Source: a bacterium (lineage in GTDB: Bacteria > UBA8248). Taken from it: a stretch of 64,000 bases of DNA. The stretch's first letter is position 1; each line of letters opens with the position of its first letter. Shown one piece after another: positions 20,208 through 29,736 of the stretch. Made by a program: the position numbers and the translations under genes. The stretch lies in contig CBDBBI010000010.1 in the NCBI GenBank assembly GCA_965202625.1, forward strand, positions 960,001 to 1,024,000. Direction: 5' to 3'. The notes under the pieces are model-generated. The model did no database searches and was not told where the DNA came from. It saw nothing but the letters and a program-made list of their open reading frames with translations.

Positions 20208-21404
20208 ATGCCCCCATCGAAGATATTCAACCTTTTCGCGATTGCGGGCAGCCACGCCGTCAACGCCTTTTACACGCAGCTCCTCATACCTGTCCTTCCG
20301 ATCATCGTCTCCGAATTCGAGCTGAACTACGTTCAGGCGGGCCTCATCGTGACGACCTATTCGGTGGCGAACAGCATCTTCCAATTCCCGGTCTCGTTCT
20401 TCTCGGACTACACCCGTCGCTGGCGGACCGTCCTGGCGTTTTCCCTGCTCACGCAGGCGCTGCCCGTTTTGCTCTACGGTTATGCGGCGAGCTACTCCCT
20501 GCTGCTGCTGTTCGTTTTCATCAGCGGAATAGGGAGCGCGGCCTATCACCCGCCTGCCGTCGCGCTGATCACGCACGAATTGCCCTTCAGGCGCGGGTTC
20601 TGCATGGGCCTTTTCAACGGCGGCGGCGACGTGGGCAACATCCTCTCTCCCGCCATCGTCGGCTGGCTCGCCGTCTATTTGGCGAGTTGGCGCACGGCCG
20701 CGCAATTCTACGTCATACCGGGCCTGATTTGGGCGATGCTTATCTGGTTTCGCTTCCAGGATCAGATGGGAGAGCGCCAGCCCTTTCGTCAAGCGGCGAA
20801 ATCCACCTTCAGCGCCTTGTTCGGCAACAGGTCGTTGATGCTGCTCGTCGCCCTCTCCTCTTTCCGCATCATGGGATACCGCGGATTTACAGCCTTCTTG
20901 CCACTCCTCTTGGCCGAGAGATTCGGCTTCGACACCAAGGGGGTCGGCTGGCTGCTCAGCGTCTATTTTTTCTTGGGTTCGAGCGTGTCGATTCTCGTCG
21001 GCAGATGGTCGGACGACAGAAGCAGAACCCTGCTCATCGTCGTCCTCACCTTCATGTGCGCCACCGCAATGGTCTCTCTCTCGTGGATATCCACTGTGGC
21101 GACGCTGCTGCTCGCGCTTTTCTCCATCGCCTGCATCCTGACGCCGGTGCCCAGCTTGGTTCTGGCCGTCGGCACGGAGTTGGTGGACGAGAGGGTGCGC
21201 TCCAGCTCCGTGGGAATGATCTATAGCTTCAACGAGGGCGCGAGCGCGCTTTCGCCGCTCGTCGGCGGTCTCGTGGCCGAAGCCATGGGACTTCAGATGG
21301 CATTCAGCTTCTACGCCGCGATGTTCGCCATCGGCGGGTGCATCGCCCTCATCCTGCACAGGCAAAGCGCGCTTCCGCCCCGCCCCGGCGAGAGCAAGAG
21401 ATGA
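20208..21404 (+). CDS. MFS transporter (Fsr-like)
   Basis: About 12 hydrophobic segments, HAVN, GSAAYHPPA, G..SD motifs. Confidence 0.88.
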   Translation: MPPSKIFNLFAIAGSHAVNAFYTQLLIPVLPIIVSEFELNYVQAGLIVTTYSVANSIFQFPVSFFSDYTRRWRTVLAFSLLTQALPVLLYGYAASYSLLLLFVFISGIGSAAYHPPAVALITHELPFRRGFCMGLFNGGGDVGNILSPAIVGWLAVYLASWRTAAQFYVIPGLIWAMLIWFRFQDQMGERQPFRQAAKSTFSALFGNRSLMLLVALSSFRIMGYRGFTAFLPLLLAERFGFDTKGVGWLLSVYFFLGSSVSILVGRWSDDRSRTLLIVVLTFMCATAMVSLSWISTVATLLLALFSIACILTPVPSLVLAVGTELVDERVRSSSVGMIYSFNEGASALSPLVGGLVAEAMGLQMAFSFYAAMFAIGGCIALILHRQSALPPRPGESKR

Positions 21405-22597
21405 ACCAGGCGCGAGAGGCCCGCGCGCGGGCGCGTTCAGAAGGCCGCGCCCAAGACGTCCCCTGGGGCGCGCTCTCCATCCTGTTCATGGCCCACTTCG
21501 TGGTGGACAGCATGGCGAATTTCATCGCGCCGCTGTTGCCTCTGCTTCGGGAGAAATTTCAGGTCTCCCTGTCGACGGGCGGCCTACTCCTCACGTTCGT
21601 CTCAATGAGCGCGGCGCTGTCCCAGCCAGTGACGGCGATTCTGGTGGATCGATGGCCGAGTCTCCCCTGGCTCGCCGTAGGGATGGTAGGCAGCTCCGTT
21701 TTCATCACCGCCCTCGGCTGGGCGCCCGACTTTACCCTGCTCACCATCATGGTCGCCCTCGGCGGCTCGATGGTCGGCTTGTGCCACCCGGACATGGCCT
21801 CGCGCGCGGGCGCACTCACAAAGCGGCGCAAAGGGCTGGCGGTGAGCGTTTTCATCGCGGGGGGTCGCGTGGGTCATGGCCTGGGACCCATCATCGCCAT
21901 CAGCATCGTCTCGTTCTGGGGTATCGAATGGCTGTGGGCGTTCATCCTTGTCGCCATCTTGATGTCTCTCGCCGTACGCTATGGGCTTCCCAAGCCCAAA
22001 TCACCCACAAGAAGCGGGGCGAACCCCTCGATCTGGGATTTTGCGAACGCGCTTCGCCAAGCGCGCACCGCCCTGCTCTTGCTCTCGGGCGTCACCATTT
22101 GCCGAGCCGTGGTGAACGTCAATTTCATCAGCCTCCTTCCCTCGCTCTACGTGGAGCGAGGCATGGGACTCTGGGGCGGAGGGGCGGCCAGCGCTGTCAT
22201 GCTGATATCAGGTGCCCTGGGCGTCATGGCGGGTGGTGCCCTGGGCGATCGTTTCGGAAAGAAAGCGATGATCATCGTCGGCATCGGACTCGGGTTTTTC
22301 TTCGTATGCGCCTTTTTAGCGGTGCCGCCCGAATGGGGTTTCGCCCTTCTGGCACTCCTGGGTTTCACCACCTACCTTCCGATGGGGGTGACGATGGCCT
22401 TCGCCCAGGAGTTGATGCCCCACAACCGGGGTCTGGCCAGCTCCATCACGCTCGGCGTCTCGTGGTTCGTCGCGAGCTCCTCGGTCTATCCAATGAGCGT
22501 TCTCGGAGAATGGGTGGGGCTGGCCAACGCCTTCTGGGCACTGCCCGGCTTTTTCATCGCCGCGTGCGCCTTCGCGGCTTTTCTTCCGAAGGCGTGA
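21401..22597 (+). CDS. MFS transporter (Fsr-like)
   Basis: AHFVVD, HP, GALGDRFG.K motifs; ATGA overlap with the preceding MFS gene. Confidence 0.88.
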   Translation: MNQAREARARARSEGRAQDVPWGALSILFMAHFVVDSMANFIAPLLPLLREKFQVSLSTGGLLLTFVSMSAALSQPVTAILVDRWPSLPWLAVGMVGSSVFITALGWAPDFTLLTIMVALGGSMVGLCHPDMASRAGALTKRRKGLAVSVFIAGGRVGHGLGPIIAISIVSFWGIEWLWAFILVAILMSLAVRYGLPKPKSPTRSGANPSIWDFANALRQARTALLLLSGVTICRAVVNVNFISLLPSLYVERGMGLWGGGAASAVMLISGALGVMAGGALGDRFGKKAMIIVGIGLGFFFVCAFLAVPPEWGFALLALLGFTTYLPMGVTMAFAQELMPHNRGLASSITLGVSWFVASSSVYPMSVLGEWVGLANAFWALPGFFIAACAFAAFLPKA

Positions 22598-22615
22598 TGC
22601 GCCTTGGGAGCGCAT

Positions 22616-22648
22616 AAAAAAAGACGGCCCAAAACGAGCCGCCTTTTT
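22616..22648 (-). terminator. Intrinsic terminator between convergent genes
   Basis: - strand GGCGGCTC-GTTTT-GGGCCGTC followed by a T run; T5 on the + side. Confidence 0.75.
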
Positions 22649-22668
22649 CACCCTCGCGCTATTCTCTT

Positions 22669-23307
22669 CTAAGCCGAGACAGCCTGTTCGGCGAGCAACC
22701 CGTCAAGCACCCGGTCGACTCTCGGCTGTTCCGTCCAGCTCGCTTTGTAGGCGATCTTTCCATCCTTATCAATGACGAAAACCATGTTCGGCATTCGGCC
22801 GTACGCCTTCACGACCGTCTCGTCAAGGTCATCCACCAAAACGGGGATTTTCATGTTGAACTCCGCCACGAGCTCTTTCGCATAGTCCATCTTGTGCGCA
22901 AAGGAGGCGTGCTGATCGTATTTTCTGAAGTATTTACGCTCGCCTGCGTGCGGCTCCTTCGAATAGACGACGAAAAACGCGACTCCCTTATCCTTGTATC
23001 GTTCGTAAAGCGCATCCATGCCCGGCACCTGCCGGCGAAAGGGAGGTCACGTGATGGCGCCGAATTCCAGGACGACGTTTTTCTTTCCGTGAAAATCCGC
23101 CAAATCCACGATCTCGCCCGAGGTGCTCTGCAACTTGACCGGAGGCGATGGCTGGCCCGGCTTGATTTGATCCTCAAACGCCTTGTGCCGCACCTTGCGG
23201 AACCCGCTCATCTCGCGCTTGATCATCAAAAGCGGATCCAGATACCAAAGACTCCACATGCCTCCCAGGGGGCCGGGCGGTCTATCAATATAATCTTCTT
23301 TTTGCAT
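22669..23307 (-). CDS. Deiodinase-like thioredoxin-fold selenoprotein, 212 aa (Sec at TGA 23047-23049)
   Basis: Two same-frame ORFs joined by one TGA: VVLEFGAIT-U-PPFRRQV; downstream VYSKEPH and AYG..PN deiodinase-type motifs; SECIS-like hairpin. Confidence 0.88.
23022..23035 (-). promoter_or_regulatory. Bacterial SECIS-like hairpin CCGGC-AGGU-GCCGG
   Basis: Starts 11 nt after the UGA and contains GCAGGU, as in the E. coli fdhF SECIS. Confidence 0.7.
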
Positions 23308-23428
23308 CTCTCGGCTCTCCTATGCGAATGGTGAGGGGCGTCAGCGCAACCTAGCCCATTTTCGGCCTTCTTGTCCATGCTCCCAGTGGGCAGCAACTCT
23401 ACGCGCGCGAGGACGACAGGAGCCAGGA

Positions 23429-24262
23429 CTACAGTTCGCCTCTCTCGAACACGCTCCAATAGACGTCCATGGCTTTTCTGAACCCCAGGCGCTCAAACAC
23501 GCGCTCGGAGGACGCATTTCCCGCCACGACGTAGCAGTACGCCGCGCGTCCTCTGGCGAATTGCTTCTCCACCAGTGCGGACACCACCGCGCGCGCAAGC
23601 CCCTGGCCCCTGAACCGCGCCATCGTATGCAACATGCCGAGCGAGCCATTCGCGTGAACGACCATGTAGGAGGCGAGCGCGCCTCTGATTCGTATCGCCG
23701 CGGTGGGCGCATTCTGAATTCTCGCCAGGCTGTAGGCCCGCTCCTCTCCATAGGGTGAGTTTTGGACAAGCGTTTCCGCATCCCCATCTTTTAGCCGTTC
23801 TATCCGGTGAGAGGTGCCAACGGGATTGAAATCCCTCCTCTCCAGAACGAACATACCGACGGGCGACTCACGGATGACCTTTCTTCGTCTCCTCAGCGCT
23901 CCTTGCACTGCGGGCGCGACAGAGGCAAGTTTGAGATAATCCGCGCTTTCCTCCACTCGCTCCCCCGTACCCGCACAACCGCCTCCCGACGCGTGCTCAT
24001 CATGCCCGCCTCCCCCCCCCAGCCGCGCGGAGATTCGCTCCATCTCCTCAAGTCTTGAGAGAACAGCACCTGGACGTCCCAGCGGCGCGAGCCAACCGCT
24101 CGAGGCGTTTATCGCCATTCTGGGCATGATGAGGTCATCGACCCAGACGCAGGCCGACTCTCCCTGCTCGGCGATGGTCTCGGCAAAACGTATCCGAAGC
24201 GGTCCCTGGGCGCGCAAGAAATTCTCGAAATGCGTTCCGCCCGGGTTCTCCAATCGAAACAA
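23429..24262 (-). CDS. GNAT family acetyltransferase (FR47-like C-terminal domain)
   Basis: LHT..RFRGQGLA, N.SS.RVFERLGF. Confidence 0.85.
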   Translation of the reverse strand: MFRLENPGGTHFENFLRAQGPLRIRFAETIAEQGESACVWVDDLIMPRMAINASSGWLAPLGRPGAVLSRLEEMERISARLGGGGGHDEHASGGGCAGTGERVEESADYLKLASVAPAVQGALRRRRKVIRESPVGMFVLERRDFNPVGTSHRIERLKDGDAETLVQNSPYGEERAYSLARIQNAPTAAIRIRGALASYMVVHANGSLGMLHTMARFRGQGLARAVVSALVEKQFARGRAAYCYVVAGNASSERVFERLGFRKAMDVYWSVFERGEL

Positions 24263-24348
24263 TTTTCGTTAAACTCCCATCCCGGTGAAAACGTCGCCCT
24301 CTCAGAGAAATCATTATACCAGTTCATCTCCCCGAATGAGGAGAGAAG

Positions 24349-24735
24349 ATGAAAGAATATCGCATCATCACGATTCCGGGAGATGGAATCGGCCCCGGGC
24401 GCATGGAATCCGCCACGGCGGTACTCGAAGCCGTCCAGCAGGCGAGCGGGGCTTCTGGGCGGGGTTTTGGGAACGGGTCTCGACCTGTTCGCCAACATGC
24501 GGCCCGTCAATCTCTATCCAGGCGTTCGAAGTCCTCTGGCGGGATACGAACCCGGCGACATCGACTACGTCGTGATTCGCGAGAACATGGAAGGACTCTG
24601 CGCCTCGCGCGACGCATAGAGGCGAGCGTTTGGGATGCGCTCGAGACCGGAGATATCCGACTCGACAATCAAGGACGCGTCGCCGACGGCACCAGGGCGG
24701 TCACCGACGCGGTGTGCGCTCGGCTGAGGAAATGA
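24349..24735 (+). pseudogene. Internally deleted isocitrate/isopropylmalate dehydrogenase family gene
   Basis: N-terminal IPGDGIGP; out-of-frame LDLFANMRP...VIRENMEG; C-terminal helix ending in GT..VTDAV; about 390 bp versus about 1.05 kb expected. Confidence 0.85.
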
Positions 24736-24746
24736 TCGACGAATCG

Positions 24747-25433
24747 CTACGAAAAACGCTCGCGCACCAGCACCCACGCGGCAAAGGCGCCATCGCGCCA
24801 GGTGATCTTCTTGCCCTCCGCATAGGTGCGCCCATAATAGGATATGGGCACCTCATAAATGCGCCATTTGCCGGGCTTGAGAATTTTCGCGGTGAGCTCA
24901 GGCTCGAAATCGAAACCATTGGCGCGAATCTCCAGGTCTTTTATCACCTCGCGCCGAAACATCTTGTAGCAAGTCTCCATATCGGTGAGCGTGCAGTTGA
25001 ACAGCAGATTGGCGAGAAGCGTCAGCATACAGTTTCCCAGCTTGTGCCAAAACATGTGCACGCGCTGGGGCTTCCCGCCGAAGCGCGTACCGTAGACCAC
25101 GTCAGCCACCCCCCGTTGGATGGGGGCGTATAAATCGCAGAATTCCGCGGGGTCGTACTCAAGGTCCGCATCCTGCACGACGAAGACGTCCCCGCTGGCC
25201 AACGCGAAGCCATCGCGCAAAGCGGCCCCCTTCCCCTCGTTTTTCTTCTTGTAAATGACGCGCACCCCGTCTTTTTCTATTTCGGCCAAAATATCCCGGG
25301 TGCCGTCCGTGCTGCCGTCATCGACAATGAGAAGCTCGATGTTCATCGGCACCGCCCTGACGCGGGAGACGATTTCGCGAATCGTGTCCCGCTCGTTGTA
25401 GCAGGGCATGATCACGCTCAGCATGTCCTCCAT
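24747..25433 (-). CDS. Glycosyltransferase family 2 (DPM1-like)
   Basis: SVIMPCYNE, VDDGSTDGT, QDADLEYDP, GTRF, TDMETCYK, EGKKI.W.DG. Confidence 0.93.
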   Translation of the reverse strand: MEDMLSVIMPCYNERDTIREIVSRVRAVPMNIELLIVDDGSTDGTRDILAEIEKDGVRVIYKKKNEGKGAALRDGFALASGDVFVVQDADLEYDPAEFCDLYAPIQRGVADVVYGTRFGGKPQRVHMFWHKLGNCMLTLLANLLFNCTLTDMETCYKMFRREVIKDLEIRANGFDFEPELTAKILKPGKWRIYEVPISYYGRTYAEGKKITWRDGAFAAWVLVRERFS

Positions 25434-25691
25434 CCGATCGTCGTCGCCCACCAGAGTTCTCCCCATCCGAAAGACAAGCGCGCAACTTCCCAACCTGACG
25501 CGCGCCAAAGCCTACACGCCCACCCTCGGAGCGGTCAAATTGCAGGGAATGACAACCCATAGAATCACGCTATTTTCTACGCCATTTGCAAATCATTGTA
25601 TCGGCCGCACAGGCGTTCAACGCCCCTGACGTTGGCGACAGGTCAAGGACCATAGTATGTTCGCAGGCCCTCTCAGAGATAAGGAGAACGC

Positions 25692-26090
25692 ATGAGCTGG
25701 TATATCAAGGCAATGAAAAAATACGCGGTGTTCAAAGGCAGAGCCAGACGCAAGGAATGCTGGTTTTTTCTCCTGTTCGACTGGATTTTCACTGCTATCC
25801 TGGTGTTGCTCGACGTGGGGATCGGCACTTGGGGCACCCAAATCGAAATAGGCGTTTTAAGCGGCATCTATATTGCTGGCTACCTTGCTTCCCGCATTCG
25901 CCTTGACGGTGCGACGGCTTCACGATACAGGGCGTAGTGCCTGGTGGCTCCTTTGGTGCTTCCTTATCATTTTGATCCCGATAGTCGGCAATATAGCCCC
26001 GGCATGGTGTTCATGCTCATCCTCATGGTGCGAGACAGCGAACCAGGCGCCAACAAATACGGTCCAAACCCAAAGAATGCAGCAACGTAA
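25692..26090 (+). pseudogene. DUF805 (YhaH-like) membrane protein gene with two frameshifts
   Basis: KYAVFKGRARRKE.W, then VRRLHDTGRS in a second frame, then DSEPGANKYGPNPK* in a third. Confidence 0.85.
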
Positions 26091-26264
26091 TCACAAGCAC
26101 CCTATGGTTCGCATTCTTGTTTCTCTCAGAGCAAGGGAAATCATATGATTTCCAGGTGATCCTGGTCTCGTTTTTTCAAAATCGAGGGGCTGCCCCGCTT
26201 GGCAAGTTTTTCACCGCGTGAGAATATCTCCCCCTCAAATGCTCTCGCTTCTCGAACGTCGGCC

Positions 26265-27413
26265 ATGTCCCGGAATAATTGGATGCCATCGCCCCTGCTT
26301 GAGAGAATGAAGACGCTGTGCTCCCTGCCCGGCCCGCCCGGACACGAGGGCGCAGTGAGAGACGCCATCACGCAAATGGTGAAGGGCAGCGCCAGCGCAC
26401 TGCGTCGCGACGCCATCGGAAACCTCATCGCCCGGCGCGAAGGGGGCGAGGGGGCGCCTCATCTCCTGCTGGAATGCCATATGGACGAAGTCGGCCTCAT
26501 CGTCACGAGCGTTGAGGCGGGCGGCGCGATTCGCTTCGAGAAGGTGGGCCTGGTGGCGGACGCGGTATTCCCCGGGCGTGAAGTTGCGCTCTTGACGCTG
26601 GACGGCCACCTGCACCAAGGCGTCGTCAACGTGCGAAGCGGGCACCTTCAAGCCTTGCAGGGACAAGAACGCCCCGGCGTCGATGCGATGTGGATAGACC
26701 TGGGCGCTCCGGATGGCGAGACGATTCGCGCCCTCGGCGTCGAGGCGGGCACTCCGGGCGTGTTCCACGGCCCCTTCGTCCAACTCTCCGGAGGCGGCTG
26801 GAAGTCAAAGGCGGTGGACAACCGCTCGGGCTGCGCCCTGTGCGTGGAGGCGTTCGTCAACGCGGACGGCGCCCTGTCGCGCAGCCTTCGCCTGAGCGCC
26901 GCCTTTTGCGTCCAGGAAGAAATCGGCGCGCGCGGCGCGTCTCTCCTCTCCCTGACAGACGAAAAAGAAGGCGACGCGCCCTCTCTCGCCATCGTGCTCG
27001 ACAACGTACCCGCTGACGGCCCGGGCCGATCGGACGCCCGCGGAGCGAAGCTCGGAGCGGGGCCCGTGCTGAGAAGATACGACCACCAGCCCATGAGCCT
27101 GTATGGATACGTTACGCCGCCCGAACTCATTCAGTGGGTGAAGGATACGGCGCGCGGCGCAGGCGTGCCCCTGCAAGAGGACGTCTTCGTGGGTACTTTT
27201 CTGGATTCCGCCGCCTTGGGCAAATCCCGGGCGGGAGGATTGCCCGTCGTGCCGATAAACCTGCCCAGGCGCTATTCCCACAGTCCGGTGGAGACGTTTC
27301 TGGAGACCGACCTGGAAGCCGCGGCCGCGCTCATAGACGCCCTTCTGCACTCCGCCGCCAAGGGCCAGGCGCCGAATCTGGGAGGAGACATCCTCCCGCC
27401 CGAGAGGGCGTGA
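26265..27413 (+). CDS. M42 family metallopeptidase
   Basis: HMDEVG, KAVDNR, QEEIG.RG, RYSHSPVE; start uncertain (26265 or 26283). Confidence 0.88.
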   Translation: MSRNNWMPSPLLERMKTLCSLPGPPGHEGAVRDAITQMVKGSASALRRDAIGNLIARREGGEGAPHLLLECHMDEVGLIVTSVEAGGAIRFEKVGLVADAVFPGREVALLTLDGHLHQGVVNVRSGHLQALQGQERPGVDAMWIDLGAPDGETIRALGVEAGTPGVFHGPFVQLSGGGWKSKAVDNRSGCALCVEAFVNADGALSRSLRLSAAFCVQEEIGARGASLLSLTDEKEGDAPSLAIVLDNVPADGPGRSDARGAKLGAGPVLRRYDHQPMSLYGYVTPPELIQWVKDTARGAGVPLQEDVFVGTFLDSAALGKSRAGGLPVVPINLPRRYSHSPVETFLETDLEAAAALIDALLHSAAKGQAPNLGGDILPPERA

Positions 27414-27451
27414 GCGCCCCGGCGGACTGCCTTTTTGAAGAGGTGAAACCC

Positions 27452-28303
27452 GTGTCAAGAAAGATTCGCGTAGCGCATAGCCCGGACTCAGACGACGCCT
27501 TCATGTTCTACGCCCTGGCGAATGGGAAGCTTGATTCGGGAGCGTATGAATTCGTCCATGAACTCCACGACATCGAAACGCTGAACCAGGCCGCCTTCGA
27601 GGGCAGGTACGAGGTGAGCGCCATCAGCTTCCACGCGTATTGCCATCTGGCGGATCGCTACGCCATTTTGCCGCATGGGGCGAGCTTCGGGGATGGTTAC
27701 GGGCCCGTCGTCATCTCGCGCGAACCCATGACGCCGGAGACGCTGCGGAGCGTGGAAATCGCGATTCCCGGCCTTCTGACGACGGCGTATCTCGCGCTGC
27801 GCCTCTATCTCGGGGGCGATGCGCCGAAACACCGCGTGGTGCATTTCGACCAAATCATGGACGAGGTGAAAAACGGGACGGCGCCGGCGGGACTCCTCAT
27901 TCATGAAGGCCAGCTCACCTATGAGGAGGAGGGTTTCCACCTTGTGGCGGACCTGGGGGCATGGTGGACGCGCGAAACCGGAGGTCCCCTCCCCCTGGGA
28001 TGCAACGTCATCCGAAAAGACCTCGGATCCGAAGTCGTGCGCGAGGTGAGCCGCCTGCTTGGGCAAAGCATCGTCTATGCGCTCGAGAACCGGAAGGAGG
28101 CGCTCGACCACGCCATGGCCTACGCCAGGGATCTCTCGCGCGAGAAGGCGGACGTTTTCGTCGGCATGTACGTGAACGAGTGGACGCGCGCATACGGCGA
28201 CGCCGGACGAAGGGCCGTCTCCAGGCTGCTCGGACGCGCCGCCGAGGCGGGCGTCATACCAGAAAGAATAGAGCCCGAGTTCGTATCCCCATCCATTGCC
28301 TGA
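27452..28303 (+). CDS. mqnD: 1,4-dihydroxy-6-naphthoate synthase (futalosine menaquinone pathway)
   Basis: AHSPDSDDAFMFYAL, DIETLN, PG.LTTA, LLIHEGQLTY, PLPLG, MYVNE. Confidence 0.9.
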   Translation: MSRKIRVAHSPDSDDAFMFYALANGKLDSGAYEFVHELHDIETLNQAAFEGRYEVSAISFHAYCHLADRYAILPHGASFGDGYGPVVISREPMTPETLRSVEIAIPGLLTTAYLALRLYLGGDAPKHRVVHFDQIMDEVKNGTAPAGLLIHEGQLTYEEEGFHLVADLGAWWTRETGGPLPLGCNVIRKDLGSEVVREVSRLLGQSIVYALENRKEALDHAMAYARDLSREKADVFVGMYVNEWTRAYGDAGRRAVSRLLGRAAEAGVIPERIEPEFVSPSIA

Positions 28304-28322
28304 AAAAGGGTAAGGCGGATTG

Positions 28323-28481
28323 ATGCTGGAGGCAATGCGCCACGTATCCATCGCCGTTGAAAGCCTGGAAGAGGCGCGCGACTTTTACGCAAACCTGTTG
28401 AAACCTGTCGCGGAGGCCTTTATGTATGAGATTTTCTCAGACGATGCTTTGACGTTGCGAACAGGAGCAACCAAAAGGTGA
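28323..28481 (+). pseudogene. Truncated VOC/methylmalonyl-CoA-epimerase-like gene fragment
   Basis: MLEAMRHVSIAVESLEEARDFYANLL matches the first beta-alpha unit of VOC proteins; similarity ends after about 26 codons. Confidence 0.65.
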
Positions 28482-29572
28482 GGAGATTTTTGAGGTTTTT
28501 TTCAGCGGCGTTTACGCTGTCGTTTGTCCTGACGGGCTGCGTTCCGTACCTTCCGGCGGCGCGGGTTCCGTACCCTACGGCGGCGCGGGTCTCATGCAGA
28601 TTGCACACTCCGTTCTTCTTCAAGCGCGCCTCGGCGGCGTCCGTTGCCCATTGTCTTGCACTCGGGGCGGACGTGAAGGCGCGCGACTTTTACGGAATGA
28701 CGCCCCTGCACAGGGCGGCGTGGCACAGCAATACGCCCGGTGTCGTGAGGGTGCTCCTGAGGGCCGGAGCGAACGTCAACGCGAAAGACAAGGACGGATG
28801 GACGCCCCTGCACTTCGCGGCGCGGTACAGCAATACGCCCGGTATCGTGAGGGTGCTCCTGAGGGCCGGAGCGAACGTCAACGCGAAAGACAAGGACGGA
28901 TGGACGCCGGGGGATTTAGTGATAAGAAACGCCGCCCTCAAGGGGATGGACGTCTATCGGCGGCTTAAGTGGAAGCGGGCGAGGCAACGGGAGCGGATAA
29001 AACAACGGGAGCGGGCGAGGCAACGGGAGCGGATAAAACAACGGGAGCGGGCGAGGCAACGGGAGCGGATAAAACAGCGGGAGCGGGCGAAGCAACGGGA
29101 ACGGGTGCGAAGCAACGGGAACGGGCGAAGCAGCGGGAGCAACGGGCGAAGCAGCGGGAAGCGGGCGAAGCAGCGGGAACGGGTGAAAGCAACGGGAGCG
29201 GGTGAAGCAACGGGAACGGGCGAAGCAACGGGAACGGGCGAAGCAGCGGGAACGGGTGAAGCAGCGGGAGCGGGCGAAGCAACGGGAACGGGCGAAGCAG
29301 CGGGAACGTGTGAAGCAGCGGGAACGTGTGAAGCAACGGGAGCGGGCGAAGCAGCGGGAACGTGTGAAGCGTGTGAAGCAGCGGGAGCGGGCGAAGCAAC
29401 GGGAGCGGGCGAAGCAGCGGGAACGGGTGAAGCAAGCGGGAGCGGGAACGTGTGAAGCAGCGGGCAGCGGGAGCGGGCGAAGCAGCCGGAGCAGCTTCCG
29501 CAGCAGCTTCTGCGGGGGTGGAAGCGGGGGCTTCAGGAGGAGCGTCAGGAGATAGAGGGAGATTTCGATTAA
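28478..29572 (+). CDS. Ankyrin-repeat lipoprotein with QRERAK repeat tail (frame disrupted within the repeat as assembled)
   Basis: Lipobox VLTGC; two TPLH ankyrin repeats plus cap; terminal EIEGDFD* aligns with NEGRFK* of the adjacent paralog and is in frame with the start. Confidence 0.7.
28973..29484 (+). repeat. 18-bp minisatellite (consensus AAGCARCGGGARCGGGYG), roughly 27-28 units
   Basis: Directly visible tandem repeat; reads QRERAK, TGAGEA or SNGSGR in the three + frames. Confidence 0.95.
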
Positions 29573-29736
29573 AGCAGTGAATCAGATAACGCGCGTCCCG
29601 AAAGGGGGGTGCCGCAGACGCCTTCGCGAACGCGATTTCCCATTCCGCCCGGCGGGGTTTGATGGCGCCGGCTCCTCGCAAGGAAAGCGGCGTCTTGTCG
29701 TTGCGACAACAACAAAACCAGGGAGGAACTAGAAAG

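Noticed and set aside
29453-29455. TGA in the ankyrin lipoprotein as a read-through codon
   Set aside because: Arises from out-of-register reading of the GTGAAG repeat unit; no redox context
28973-29484. Possible CRISPR array
   Set aside because: Contiguous 18-bp units with no unique spacers and no cas genes; it is a coding minisatellite
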